NCBI GenBank assembly: GCA_041665325.1
Contig: JBAYJB010000001.1
Coordinates: 233,286 to 297,285 of the forward strand
Origin: Minisyncoccota bacterium
Lineage (GTDB): Bacteria > Patescibacteriota > Minisyncoccia > Phycocordibacterales > PALSA-1337
Length of the DNA: 64,000 nucleotides
Direction of reading: 5' to 3'
Part shown: positions 8,696 to 17,652 of the stretch, one piece after another
Position numbering within the stretch: the stretch's first letter is position 1
How the letters are laid out: the number at the start of each line of letters is the position of its first letter
Made by a program: the position numbers and the translations under genes
The notes under the pieces: generated by a model
The model's database searches: none
What the model saw: only the letters and a program-made list of their open reading frames with translations
Told to the model about the DNA's origin: nothing

Positions 8696-9304
8696 TTATT
8701 TCAAATCAATTGAACCTTTCAAAAAGGAGCGGCGATGTTCCGGCGTCAAACCGTGCTTCTTAATGGCCTTGTAATGGGCCGCGGTCCCATAACCCTTGTG
8801 GATCTCGAATCCATACCCGGGATACTCGTGCGCCATCTTTTTCATTCTCCGATCCCTTAAAACCTTTGCACAAATAGAAGCCAACGCAATGACCGGCTCC
8901 TTGGCATCGCCATCGATGATGGTAGTCTGATCTGAATACCTAGAAGAAGCGTAGAGTGAACCATCCAGAAGGATTTTTGAGTTCACACAATCAACACCGT
9001 CCTTTTCCAATCGTCTCAGGGCACGATTTAATGCTGAGTACACGGCATAAGAGAGACCCCTTGAATCAATAGTGGCCGGCCGTGAAAAAGAAGCGGCGTA
9101 ATGCACTTCCCCATTCTTGGAAAAAGCCCTGATCTTGCGGAACCACTCTTCACGCTGCTTTTCCGAAAGTTGTTTGGAGTCTTTCACTCCGCGGAACTTC
9201 TTGAGAACGGATTTTGAGGGCACAGCGAACACCCCAACAGCCACCGAACCGGCCAAAGGCCCACGGCCGGCCTCATCGATACCTATCAGATAGCGTCTAG
9301 CCAT
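8696..9304 (-). CDS. rnhB: ribonuclease HII
   Basis: 202 aa with the N-terminal RNase HII signature IGIDEAGRGPLAGSV. Confidence 0.85.
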   Translation of the reverse strand: MARRYLIGIDEAGRGPLAGSVAVGVFAVPSKSVLKKFRGVKDSKQLSEKQREEWFRKIRAFSKNGEVHYAASFSRPATIDSRGLSYAVYSALNRALRRLEKDGVDCVNSKILLDGSLYASSRYSDQTTIIDGDAKEPVIALASICAKVLRDRRMKKMAHEYPGYGFEIHKGYGTAAHYKAIKKHGLTPEHRRSFLKGSIDLK

Positions 9305-9348
9305 ATCGCTTGAATTCTAGCATTTTTTGCTATACTGATATCACCGCC

Positions 9349-12300
9349 ATGCCCTCCCGTTTCGTCCATCTCCATACCCACTCGCACTACTCCCTGCTAT
9401 CGGCCCTGCCCAAGATCGATGAGCTCGTCGAGGAAGCCGCCAAACTCAAGATGGACGCGCTGGCCCTCACCGACAACGGCAACCTATACGCTGCCATCGA
9501 ATTCTACAAAGCTTGCAAGAAGGCGGATGTGAAGCCGATCATCGGAGTAGACTTCTATGTGGCAGTGCGTGGCCGGAAGGATATGCAAGCGGGAGTGGAC
9601 AACCGGCGCGCTCGCCTGGTCCTCCTGGCCCAGAATGAGGCCGGCTACAAGAACCTTTTGAAGCTTGTGACCCAATCAAACCTCGAGGGATTTTATTACA
9701 AGCCGCGCATCGACCGTGAATTGCTCGATCAGCACCACGAAGGCCTCATCGCCATCGTCCCTTCTTTTTCCGGCGAGATCGCCCAGGCGCTCAAAGGACG
9801 CAATCAAGACAAGGCCCTAGAGATCACCGCGTTCTACAAGCGGACGTTCGGCAAGGACCTATACATGGAGATCACCCGGCACTCCGAGATCGACGGCCAC
9901 GAACAGAATATGAAGACGCTTGTCGATTTCGCTCGCACGCAGGGCATCCCACTCATGGCCGCACACGACGTCTATTACATCAAGCCGGAAGACCGCTTCG
10001 CCCGTGAGACGCTGGTACGCGTCAATTCGCATACTGACGCCTCCGACCGCATGTCGGACAGCGACGAGGACGATTTCTCATTCATTTCGGCAGAGCGGGC
10101 CGAGGATCTCTTCCGTGATCTGCCGGAGGCGCTCGAGAACACCCGGAAGATCGCCGACTCATGCAACCTCGAATTGAAACTCGGCACCTGGGTTTTCCCG
10201 AACTATGTGGTCAAGAACGGCAAATCCTACGATGAGGAGCTCAAACGCCTAGTGGAAGAAGGCTTCGTGACTCGGGGCATGAATAAGACCAAAGAGCTCG
10301 AGGAGCGCGCCAACTACGAGCTTTCGGTCATCAAGAATAAGGGCTACGCCCCGTACTTCTTGGTCGTGTCCGACCTCCTGCACCACGCCCACGATAGCGG
10401 CATCCTAACGACCACCAGGGGCTCGGCAGCCGGCTCTCTGGTGTCATATCTGACCGGTATCACCAATGTGGACCCCATCGCCTTCCTCCTGCCATTCGAG
10501 CGCTTCCTGAACCCTGACCGCCCATCTCCGCCAGATATCGACATGGACATCGCCGACAACCGCCGCGACGAGATGATCGCGTACGCCAGGACTAAATACG
10601 GCATCGATCATGTCGCCCAGATCGGTACCTTCGGCACGATGCTCGCGCGCGGCTCGGTACGAGACGTCGCGCGCGCCCTGGGATTCCCATTCGAGGCCGG
10701 TGACCGTATCGCCAAGCTCATCCCCCTAGGCGCCCAAGGCTTCCCTATGACGCTAGACCGCGCCATGGCCGAAGTACCGGAGCTCAAGGCCATGTACGAG
10801 CAGGAGGCCGAGCCGCGGCGCATCATCGACATGGCCAAGAAGATCGAGGGCTGTGCGCGACACATCAGTGTCCACGCCGCCGGCGTGGTCATCGCGCCCG
10901 GACCGCTCGTCCAATACACCGCGCTCCAGTATGACCCGAAGAGCGAGGGTGAGAGCGGGGGCAAGATTATCACCCAATACGACATGTACGCCATCGAGGA
11001 GGCCGGCCTGCTCAAGCTAGACTTCCTGGGCATCCGCAATCTGGCCATCCTCGCCGATGCCGTGGCGCGCGTCAAAAAGATCGAGGGCGTCGATGTCGAC
11101 ATCGAGAATGTGCCGCTCGACGACAAGAAGACCTTCGCGATGCTGGCCCTAGGCGAGACCATCGGCCTCTTCCAGCTCAACGGTTCCGGCATGACGCGCT
11201 TCCTGGTAGAGCTCAAGCCGACGGCTATCCACGACATCAACACCATGGTAGCCCTGTACCGCCCCGGACCGATGGACAACATCAACGAATACATCCAACG
11301 CAAGCACGGCAAGAAGCCTGTGACTTATATGCATCCGGCCATGAAGAAATTCCTCGAACCGACCTACGGAGTGCTGGTCTATCAGGACGACCTTCTCATG
11401 ACCGCCGTCGAGGTGGCTGGTTATAGCTGGTCGGAAGTAGACAAGTTCCGCAAGGCCGTGGGCAAGAAGATCCCCGAAGAGATGGCCAAACAGCACAAGA
11501 TCTTCGTGGCGGGTTGCATCAAGCATGGCGGTACGACCGAGAAGAAGGCCGAGCAGATCTGGAAGCTCTTCGAGCCATTCCAGGGCTACGGCTTCAACAA
11601 GGCTCACGCCGCAAGCTACGGCAAGGTGGCCTATCAGACGGCCTATATGAAGGCCAACTTCCCCGAGATCTATATGTCTGCGGTGCTCACGGCCGAATCA
11701 GGCGATATCGACACCATCGGCGTGATCGTCACCGAATGCCGCCGCATGGGCATCCCGGTCCTGCCACCGGACGTCAATGAGAGCTTCAGTCAATTCACGG
11801 TGGTGAAAGGTCAGGTTTCAGGCGGCGAAACAGGAGTCGAACATCATCGCATCCGCTTCGGGCTTGTGACCATCAAGAACTTCGGCCAGGGCGTCTCGAC
11901 GGCCATCATCGAGGAGCGCAAGAAGGCCGGGCCGTTCAAGTCGCTCGCTGATTTCCTGAAACGCGTCAAGGATCGCAATCTCAACAAGAAGTCACTTGAG
12001 GCCCTGATCAAGTCCGGCGCGCTGGATTGCTTCGGTGAGGACCGCGGCATCATGTTCGCCAACATGGACCGTCTGCTCGAATACAACAAGGAGAACGAGG
12101 GTCACGCGTCTTCTCATGATTCGCTGTTCGGGGGCATGGGTGAGGATGCCGGCGTAGCCACGCTCAAGCTATCTGATGCTCCCAAGGCCGAGATGCGCGA
12201 CAAACTGGCTTGGGAAAAGGAGCTCCTCGGCTTGTATGTTTCCGGCCATCCACTTGAGCGCTATCGCGAGACTATCGAAAAGAAGAAGATGGATATCATG

Positions 12301-12570
12301 AAGGCCAAGGAGGGCGAGAAAGACGGAGCCGGCGTCGTCCTCGCGATCATCGTGAACGCGGTACGCACTGTCCAGACCAAGAACAACGAGACCATGGCTT
12401 TCCTGACTATCTCTGATTTTTCGGGCGCGTCGGATGCCGTGGCTTTCCCGCGCACTTACCGTGAATTCCGCGAGCTATTGGTGCCTGACGCCTGTATCGC
12501 GATCAAGGCTACTGTGAATACTCGGAATGGCGAGAAGGGGTTTGTGATTGAGCGGGCGAAGAGGTTGTAG
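9349..12570 (+). CDS. dnaE: DNA polymerase III alpha subunit
   Basis: PHP domain at the N-terminus (FVHLHTHSHYSLL), polymerase core and an OB-fold tail. The ORF track starts at 9310, but the conserved start aligns at 9349 (MPSRFVHLH). An extended -10 TGCTATACT lies at about 9325-9333. Confidence 0.9.
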   Translation: MPSRFVHLHTHSHYSLLSALPKIDELVEEAAKLKMDALALTDNGNLYAAIEFYKACKKADVKPIIGVDFYVAVRGRKDMQAGVDNRRARLVLLAQNEAGYKNLLKLVTQSNLEGFYYKPRIDRELLDQHHEGLIAIVPSFSGEIAQALKGRNQDKALEITAFYKRTFGKDLYMEITRHSEIDGHEQNMKTLVDFARTQGIPLMAAHDVYYIKPEDRFARETLVRVNSHTDASDRMSDSDEDDFSFISAERAEDLFRDLPEALENTRKIADSCNLELKLGTWVFPNYVVKNGKSYDEELKRLVEEGFVTRGMNKTKELEERANYELSVIKNKGYAPYFLVVSDLLHHAHDSGILTTTRGSAAGSLVSYLTGITNVDPIAFLLPFERFLNPDRPSPPDIDMDIADNRRDEMIAYARTKYGIDHVAQIGTFGTMLARGSVRDVARALGFPFEAGDRIAKLIPLGAQGFPMTLDRAMAEVPELKAMYEQEAEPRRIIDMAKKIEGCARHISVHAAGVVIAPGPLVQYTALQYDPKSEGESGGKIITQYDMYAIEEAGLLKLDFLGIRNLAILADAVARVKKIEGVDVDIENVPLDDKKTFAMLALGETIGLFQLNGSGMTRFLVELKPTAIHDINTMVALYRPGPMDNINEYIQRKHGKKPVTYMHPAMKKFLEPTYGVLVYQDDLLMTAVEVAGYSWSEVDKFRKAVGKKIPEEMAKQHKIFVAGCIKHGGTTEKKAEQIWKLFEPFQGYGFNKAHAASYGKVAYQTAYMKANFPEIYMSAVLTAESGDIDTIGVIVTECRRMGIPVLPPDVNESFSQFTVVKGQVSGGETGVEHHRIRFGLVTIKNFGQGVSTAIIEERKKAGPFKSLADFLKRVKDRNLNKKSLEALIKSGALDCFGEDRGIMFANMDRLLEYNKENEGHASSHDSLFGGMGEDAGVATLKLSDAPKAEMRDKLAWEKELLGLYVSGHPLERYRETIEKKKMDIMKAKEGEKDGAGVVLAIIVNAVRTVQTKNNETMAFLTISDFSGASDAVAFPRTYREFRELLVPDACIAIKATVNTRNGEKGFVIERAKRL

Positions 12571-12574
12571 GAAA

Positions 12575-12853
12575 TCAAGATCTCATCCTAGACCACCCCT
12601 CCTCTCTAAGTATTTCCTCTTTCCTATCAGCTCCACCTCTGTTGTAGTTCCCGATCTTCCCATCAGCGCGGATGACGCGGTGACAAGGGATCTTCGGGTC
12701 GAAATTGTGTGACATGATCGTACCGACTGCCCTGGCAGCGCCTGGCCGGCCAGCCTTCTTGGCGACTTCCCCATAAGTCATAGTTTTGCTGCGCGGTATA
12801 TGGCGGACTATGGCTTGGACTTTTTCCTTGAATGTCTTCATGTGTGAGGGCAT
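12575..12853 (-). CDS. MGMT-family protein (methylated-DNA-protein-cysteine methyltransferase DNA-binding domain-like)
   Basis: Translation has YGEVA...GRPGAARAVG...IPCHRVIRADGKIGNY (PCHR motif). The start was chosen at an internal Met (MPSHMKTF). The longer ORF to 12925 is probably upstream read-through. Confidence 0.55.
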   Translation of the reverse strand: MPSHMKTFKEKVQAIVRHIPRSKTMTYGEVAKKAGRPGAARAVGTIMSHNFDPKIPCHRVIRADGKIGNYNRGGADRKEEILREEGWSRMRS

Positions 12854-13118
12854 TTTACGGGGCACAAAGCAATAAATCAAATAGGTGGTTGTTTTGACAA
12901 CGCATCTTGAACACCCGGCTAACATATCGCCTTTCTATCAAAAATTTCTAAGACATTTCACGAAAAGCATTGTCTAGTAACATCGGCGGCGTAAGGCTCG
13001 TTTGGAATGCAAAAATATTATACGACACAAAACAGGCCTTCCGTTTTTACGAGAAAAAGAAGGTCGAACCGGCGGGGCAAGTCAAAAAAAGTCGCTCCAC
13101 ACCCCTCACCAGCACCTT

Positions 13119-13149
13119 CCCTTGACCGTTTCCTATATGCTAAAATACT
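13119..13149 (+). promoter_or_regulatory. sigma-70-like promoter for the thrS leader
   Basis: TTGACC, a 16-17 nt spacer, then TAAAAT at about 13119-13149. It lies about 230 nt upstream of the thrS ATG. Confidence 0.3.
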
Positions 13150-13360
13150 CCCATCAGAGATCGTTACGGCCACCAACCGTAAACGGGAAACCGAGGCTAT
13201 TGAGCCCTAATCTGATCAACGAGCGTCCGGCCTTGCCGGAAAGTCAGGTGGAACCACGGTCGCGCGGGCATTCGCCCCACAGATCGCCCTGACAAAGTCA
13301 CGATTGCCTCCGTCAGCTGACGGATGGCGAAAATTCGCGATTTTGTCAGGGCTATTTTAT
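13150..13360 (+). ncRNA. candidate T-box riboswitch leader (threonine specifier) upstream of thrS
   Basis: The leader has four T-box-like elements. An AGAGA box sits at 13154-13158. An ACC-A candidate specifier lies in a loop at 13170-13176. AAAGTCAGGTGGAACCACGG at 13241-13260 matches the conserved T-box core AAnnnGGGUGGnACCnCGG, and its UGGA bulge is complementary to the UCCA end of tRNA-Thr. A long hairpin at 13286-13352 is followed by a TTTT run. Confidence 0.45.
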
Positions 13361-13379
13361 TACTCTAATTATTAACTAC

Positions 13380-15131
13380 ATGTCATCCTCCCAATCACTC
13401 GAACACCTCCGCCACACCCTCGCGCACCTCACGGCTGCCGCTATCCTGGAACTATACCCCGATGCCAAGCCATCTATCGGCCCGGCCATAGACAACGGCT
13501 TCTACTACGACTTCGAGTTCGCCCAGCCGATCGTCGAAACCGACCTCAAGGCCATCGAGAAGAAGATGCACAAGCTCCTCAACTCCTGGACCGCCATGAC
13601 CGGCAAGGAAGTCACGGAGAAAGAGGCGCGGGCGGCATTTGCTGGCAACCCCTACAAGCTCGAGCTCATCGATGAGATCGTGGCGAAGGGCGAGAAGATC
13701 ACACTCTATACGGCCGGCTCATTCACCGACCTTTGCCGTGGCGGACACACCGACAACCCAGCCAAAGAGATCGACCAGGACGGCTTCAAGCTCTCGCGCC
13801 TAGCCGGCGCCTATTGGCGCGGCGACGAGAAGAATAAACAGCTCACCCGCATATACGGCCTAGCATTCGAGTCAAGGGCCGCCCTCGACGAATACGAAAC
13901 CATGATGCGCGAAGCCGAGAAACGCGACCACCGCAAGCTCGGCAAGGAGATGGATATCTTCGAGTTCGACGACGATGTCGGCCCCGGCCTCCCACTATGG
14001 CTCCCCAACGGCGCCGTCATCGCCGAGGAGCTTGAGAAGCTCGCCAAAGAGACCGAATTCGCCGCCGGCTACAAGATCGTGCGCACCCCGCATATCGCCA
14101 AGGAATCGATGTACCTGAAAAGCGGACACCTGCCTTACTACAAGGAGAGCATGTTTCCTCCCATGGAGTACGAGGGCGGCAAATATTACCTGAAGGCCAT
14201 GAATTGTCCGCACCACCACAAGATCTTTGCTGCTCGGCCCCACTCATACCGCGACCTGCCGCTACGCCTCGCCGAATACGGCACCTGCTACCGCCACGAG
14301 AAGTCCGGCGAGCTCTTTGGCCTGATGCGTGTGCGCATGCTCGAGATGAACGACGCTCATATGTATTGCACCGAAGATCAGTTCGCCGACGAATTCAGAG
14401 CCGTAAATGAGATGTACATCAACTATTTTAAGATCTTCGGCATCGGCAAATATGTCATGCGCTTCTCCACCCATGACCCCAAGAAGCTCGGCCAGAAATA
14501 CGTCGATGAGCCGGGGCTCTGGAAGAAGACCGAGGATATGGTCCGCAAGGTCCTCGTGGACTCCAAGATCCCCTTCGTCGAGGTGGCAAACGAGGCAGCC
14601 TTCTACGGCCCCAAGATCGACGTCCAGGTCTGGAGCGCCATCGGCCGTGAATTCACGCTAGCGACCAACCAAGTAGACTTCGCCGTCCCGAAGCGGTTCG
14701 GCCTGGAATACATCGATGCCGACGGCCAAAAGAAGACTCCGCTCTGCATCCACCGTGCGCCGCTCGGCACCCACGAGCGCTTCATCGGCTTCCTCATAGA
14801 GCACTACGGCGGCAACTTCCCGCTCTGGCTCTCGCCCACGCAAGTCAAGGTCATTCCCGTGGCCGAATCTCATGTCGCAGCCGCCGAGAAGATCAATGCC
14901 GCCCTACGCGCCGTCATGATCCGCGCCGAAGTAGACCTGTCGAACGACAACTTCGGCAAGAAGGTCCGGAACGCCAAGAATGCCCGCATCCCCTATTTCA
15001 TCATCATCGGCGACAAGGATATCCAAGCCGGCAAGGTCACTCTGGAAAGTCGCGACCAGGGCCAGATCGGGCAATTAGATATCGGAGAGGTGCTGAAGAA
15101 ACTGGATGTCGAAATCAAGGACAGAAAATAG
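13380..15131 (+). CDS. thrS: threonyl-tRNA synthetase (N-terminally reduced form)
   Basis: 583 aa with class II aaRS core motifs and a C-terminal anticodon-binding domain. The N-terminus LEHLRHTLAHLTAAAI matches the ThrRS second additional domain. The TGS/editing domains are absent. Confidence 0.9.
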   Translation: MSSSQSLEHLRHTLAHLTAAAILELYPDAKPSIGPAIDNGFYYDFEFAQPIVETDLKAIEKKMHKLLNSWTAMTGKEVTEKEARAAFAGNPYKLELIDEIVAKGEKITLYTAGSFTDLCRGGHTDNPAKEIDQDGFKLSRLAGAYWRGDEKNKQLTRIYGLAFESRAALDEYETMMREAEKRDHRKLGKEMDIFEFDDDVGPGLPLWLPNGAVIAEELEKLAKETEFAAGYKIVRTPHIAKESMYLKSGHLPYYKESMFPPMEYEGGKYYLKAMNCPHHHKIFAARPHSYRDLPLRLAEYGTCYRHEKSGELFGLMRVRMLEMNDAHMYCTEDQFADEFRAVNEMYINYFKIFGIGKYVMRFSTHDPKKLGQKYVDEPGLWKKTEDMVRKVLVDSKIPFVEVANEAAFYGPKIDVQVWSAIGREFTLATNQVDFAVPKRFGLEYIDADGQKKTPLCIHRAPLGTHERFIGFLIEHYGGNFPLWLSPTQVKVIPVAESHVAAAEKINAALRAVMIRAEVDLSNDNFGKKVRNAKNARIPYFIIIGDKDIQAGKVTLESRDQGQIGQLDIGEVLKKLDVEIKDRK

Positions 15132-15147
15132 CAAGTATGATTACAAA

Positions 15148-15176
15148 CAAAAAAGCCCCGTCAGGGGCCTTTTTGC
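15148..15176. terminator. bidirectional rho-independent terminator between convergent thrS and the surface-protein gene
   Basis: AAAAAAGCCCCGTCAGGGGCCTTTTTGC: a GC stem GCCCC/GGGGC with a 4-nt loop, flanked by an A-run and a T-run. Confidence 0.55.
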
Positions 15177-15223
15177 TTATATATTTGGAGTCGCACCCGT
15201 CTGCCAATCGCACTCGATCGTTA

Positions 15224-16312
15224 TTAGATCTTCGGGCGATTGAAGAGGAGATACATCACCGTGCCACCGAGGACAAGGATGATGAGGACTGCTACCCAGC
15301 CCCAAGGCACATTGTTGAGTGAGAAGTAGGAAGCGGCACCAAGAGGGTTGCCCTGATTCTGGACGGCCGGCGATTGTACCGGAGCGGCTGAAGCCAGAGT
15401 GGTCGTGGTACGACGGATGGCAAGGGCGTTGGAACAAGCCTTGGTGCCGGTGCGGCCGTCGGCCGAGGTCACCGAGACGATGGCGCTCTTTTCGCCGGTA
15501 GTCTCATAGTACTTGGTGACCGAGCTCTGTGTGCCGGCAAGACTGTCGGAACCAGTCCAGGAATAGGTATAAGGGGCGATGCCGCCGGTCACTTCGACAG
15601 ACCAGGTGACAGGCTGATTCGGAGCAGCATTGGCCGGATCGGCGAAACAACCGATGTCGAGGCCGGTGTTGTTCGAGGCATAGACCGGAACCTGGTTGTA
15701 GCTGTAGTTGTTGTTATAGTACGGCTGGGTGTAGTTATAATTGTAGTTATAACCATAATTCTGTTGGTAGACGTTGACCGTAGACGAACAGTTGGCAGTG
15801 ACGCTCTGACCATTGGAATACACCGTGACCGTGGCGGTCTTCATGCCTTGGGAGTAATAACTGAAGCTGACCGTCTGGCCGTTTCCATAGAGTCCGTCAT
15901 TGCCTGTCCAGGTATAGCTGTAAGAACCATTGCCGCCGGAAGCGTAAGCCTGCCACTGGACCGAGGAACCGGTCTGCACCGAAGAGTTCAGAGCGGAACA
16001 GGTGGCGGTCAGAGACTGGTAGGTCGGCTGGTTATAGACCGGAGGAGTGTAGGTCGGGTAGTTATTGTAGACTACCGGAGCCTGGGTCTGGACCTGGTTC
16101 GGATAGTTACAGTAGTAATAGCCGTTCGGGGCTACGCTAGCGACCTGCGGATAAGAACAGTAAGGCAAAACGGGTGCCTCATAGTGATACTGATACTGGG
16201 CCTGTGCCTCGGCCGGGAAAGCGGCCATAGAGAGGCCGAAAACCAGGACGGCAAAAGCCGTACCGAGAGCGACGTTAGTTTTGTTGAATAGATTTTTCAT
16301 ATTTTTTGCCAT
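15224..16312 (-). CDS. secreted N/Y/Q-rich surface protein with two PKD/Ig-like repeats and a C-terminal TM anchor
   Basis: Signal peptide. Repeats SYSYTWTGNDG and PYTYSWTGSDS fit a PKD-like beta-sandwich. NYNYNY low-complexity segments. C-terminal hydrophobic helix followed by NRPKI. Confidence 0.5.
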   Translation of the reverse strand: MAKNMKNLFNKTNVALGTAFAVLVFGLSMAAFPAEAQAQYQYHYEAPVLPYCSYPQVASVAPNGYYYCNYPNQVQTQAPVVYNNYPTYTPPVYNQPTYQSLTATCSALNSSVQTGSSVQWQAYASGGNGSYSYTWTGNDGLYGNGQTVSFSYYSQGMKTATVTVYSNGQSVTANCSSTVNVYQQNYGYNYNYNYTQPYYNNNYSYNQVPVYASNNTGLDIGCFADPANAAPNQPVTWSVEVTGGIAPYTYSWTGSDSLAGTQSSVTKYYETTGEKSAIVSVTSADGRTGTKACSNALAIRRTTTTLASAAPVQSPAVQNQGNPLGAASYFSLNNVPWGWVAVLIILVLGGTVMYLLFNRPKI

Positions 16313-16455
16313 ATCATCCCCCGTTGTCTATGAGCTTTAATGTGGCTCAACTGACTGACAGGATCAGATATGATCGATTTAATATCGTAACACCAAGTAT
16401 TGTATACTATATAAAGCAAAAAGTCAAGGCCTAGAACGGGATTGGAACTATCAGG

Positions 16456-16528
16456 TGCCGAGGACCAGGATCGAACTGGTGACCCTTCCCTCTTCAGGGG
16501 AATGCTCTACCAACTGAGCTACCTCGGC
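16456..16528 (-). tRNA. tRNA-Phe (anticodon GAA)
   Basis: Reverse complement GCCGAGGTAGCTCAGTTGGTAGAGCATTCCCCTGAAGAGGGAAGGGTCACCAGTTCGATCCTGGTCCTCGGCA folds as a canonical cloverleaf with anticodon loop CTGAAGA. Confidence 0.85.
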
Positions 16529-16544
16529 AAGTTGACGATGTTAT

Positions 16545-16814
16545 CTACTTCAGCAGATCCTGCAGCTGCTTGGCGGCATCCTGGGCGGAGTTGAGATCAA
16601 AACCGCTCATATTGCCCGACAAGCCCGTGAGCAGAGCTACATAAGGCTGGATGAAATAATAAGCGCCGAACGAGACGATCAGGATGACGATCCAATAGAG
16701 GATATGCATGATCGTACCTAGGCGGTTCGTACGGCGGATGCTCCGAAGGATATTGTTGTTATCCTCCGCCATATTGTAGGTTCTCTCTAGCAGGGCTCTT
16801 TCTTCTGGGGTCAT
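16545..16814 (-). CDS. small membrane protein (hypothetical)
   Basis: About 90 aa from the internal Met MTPEERALLERTYN, with one TM helix. The longer track ORF to 17009 would overlap the plus-strand gene. Confidence 0.35.
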   Translation of the reverse strand: MTPEERALLERTYNMAEDNNNILRSIRRTNRLGTIMHILYWIVILIVSFGAYYFIQPYVALLTGLSGNMSGFDLNSAQDAAKQLQDLLK

Positions 16815-16913
16815 CGGAAAAAGTGTAGCAGAAATAAGGAAATGCCGCAAAAGCCTTGTGGATAGAGCAAGAGCGTTCTTGATTGTTAGTACACTATCCG
16901 TTAATATTAAGGG

Positions 16914-17567
16914 GTGCCCAGAAAATATGTTACCCAAGAAGAGATAAGGACGATGGTATCCCTGAGGAGAGGTGGTCATAGTTTGCCGGAGATAATGAGG
17001 GCTACACAAAGAGGTAGCTCAACAGTTTTTGCTCACGTAAAGAATGTGCAGGTGCTCCAAGCTAATATACAGAGCCTGAAGTTGAAACAGGGTGGGAGCA
17101 GGGAAAGATCGCAAAAGGCATGGGCCGAGGCCAGCACGAGAGCTAAAGAAATTTTGGGGACTTCCCTATCGGAAGATCAGCGACTTTTTTTGCTTTTAGG
17201 GATTTACTGGGGTGAAGGAAACAAGAAAGAACTAAACCTCATTAATTCCGACCCAGGACTTATCAAAACATTCATTTCCTGCTTAAAAGATATCGGCGTA
17301 GAAAACGATGAACTCAAGATCAGTTTGAGGATATACGAGGACATAGATCGGAGGAAATCTATCAGATTTTGGTCTGATTTTCTGTCTATAGATCAGGGCC
17401 GTATAACTAGTGTAGAAGTCCTAAGAGGTAGGAAATCCGGAAAACTAGAGCATGGGATGTGTCGAGTCAGGGTTGCAAAAAGCGCCACTTACTTTAAACT
17501 GCTAACAAGCCTCATCCGAGAGGTGAAGAAACACTTCGACGCCCTCGTAGTTCAACGGATAGAATAG
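16914..17567 (+). CDS. putative LAGLIDADG-type homing endonuclease with N-terminal HTH domain
   Basis: 217 aa with an N-terminal helix-turn-helix-like segment. FLLLGIYWGEGNKKE matches the LAGLIDADG pattern (compare I-CreI LAGFVDGDG). The last 9 codons overlap the 5' end of tRNA-Arg. Assignment is by motif only. Confidence 0.4.
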   Translation: MPRKYVTQEEIRTMVSLRRGGHSLPEIMRATQRGSSTVFAHVKNVQVLQANIQSLKLKQGGSRERSQKAWAEASTRAKEILGTSLSEDQRLFLLLGIYWGEGNKKELNLINSDPGLIKTFISCLKDIGVENDELKISLRIYEDIDRRKSIRFWSDFLSIDQGRITSVEVLRGRKSGKLEHGMCRVRVAKSATYFKLLTSLIREVKKHFDALVVQRIE

Positions 17568-17612
17568 CTCACTCCTAACGAGCTGATCCAAGTTCGATTC
17601 TTGGCGGGGGCA
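17541..17612 (+). tRNA. tRNA-Arg (anticodon CCT)
   Basis: Hand-folded: acceptor GCCCTCG/CGGGGGC (one G-U pair), D-arm GTTC-AACGGATA-GAAT, anticodon stem GCTCA/CGAGC with loop CTCCTAA, 4-nt variable loop, T-arm CCAAGTTCGATTCTTGG. CCA is not encoded. Confidence 0.65.
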
Positions 17613-17652
17613 CATACGGAAGCCGAGATCGGCGATATGATATAATTTTTGC

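Noticed and set aside
13230-13270. GGAAAGTCAGG in the thrS leader looked like the RNase P RNA P4 strand (GGAAAGUCCGG)
   Set aside because: No complementary ACAGAAnnCGGCUUA partner lies nearby, and the flanking GGUGGAACCACGG fits a T-box core better. The real rnpB, with both P4 strands, is at 33378-33720.
16545-17009. Full-length 154-aa minus-strand ORF
   Set aside because: Its N-terminal 65 codons overlap the plus-strand HTH/LAGLIDADG-like gene and have a His/Pro/Arg-rich composition typical of antisense. Only the C-terminal ~90 codons from MTPEERALL look like a membrane protein.
17560-17615. The T-arm plus acceptor after the LAGLIDADG-like ORF looked like an orphan tRNA 3' half, possibly an intron-split tRNA with the ORF inside an intron
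   Set aside because: Extending upstream gives a complete, contiguous cloverleaf for tRNA-Arg(CCT) starting at 17541. There is no intron. The ORF simply overlaps the tRNA 5' end.
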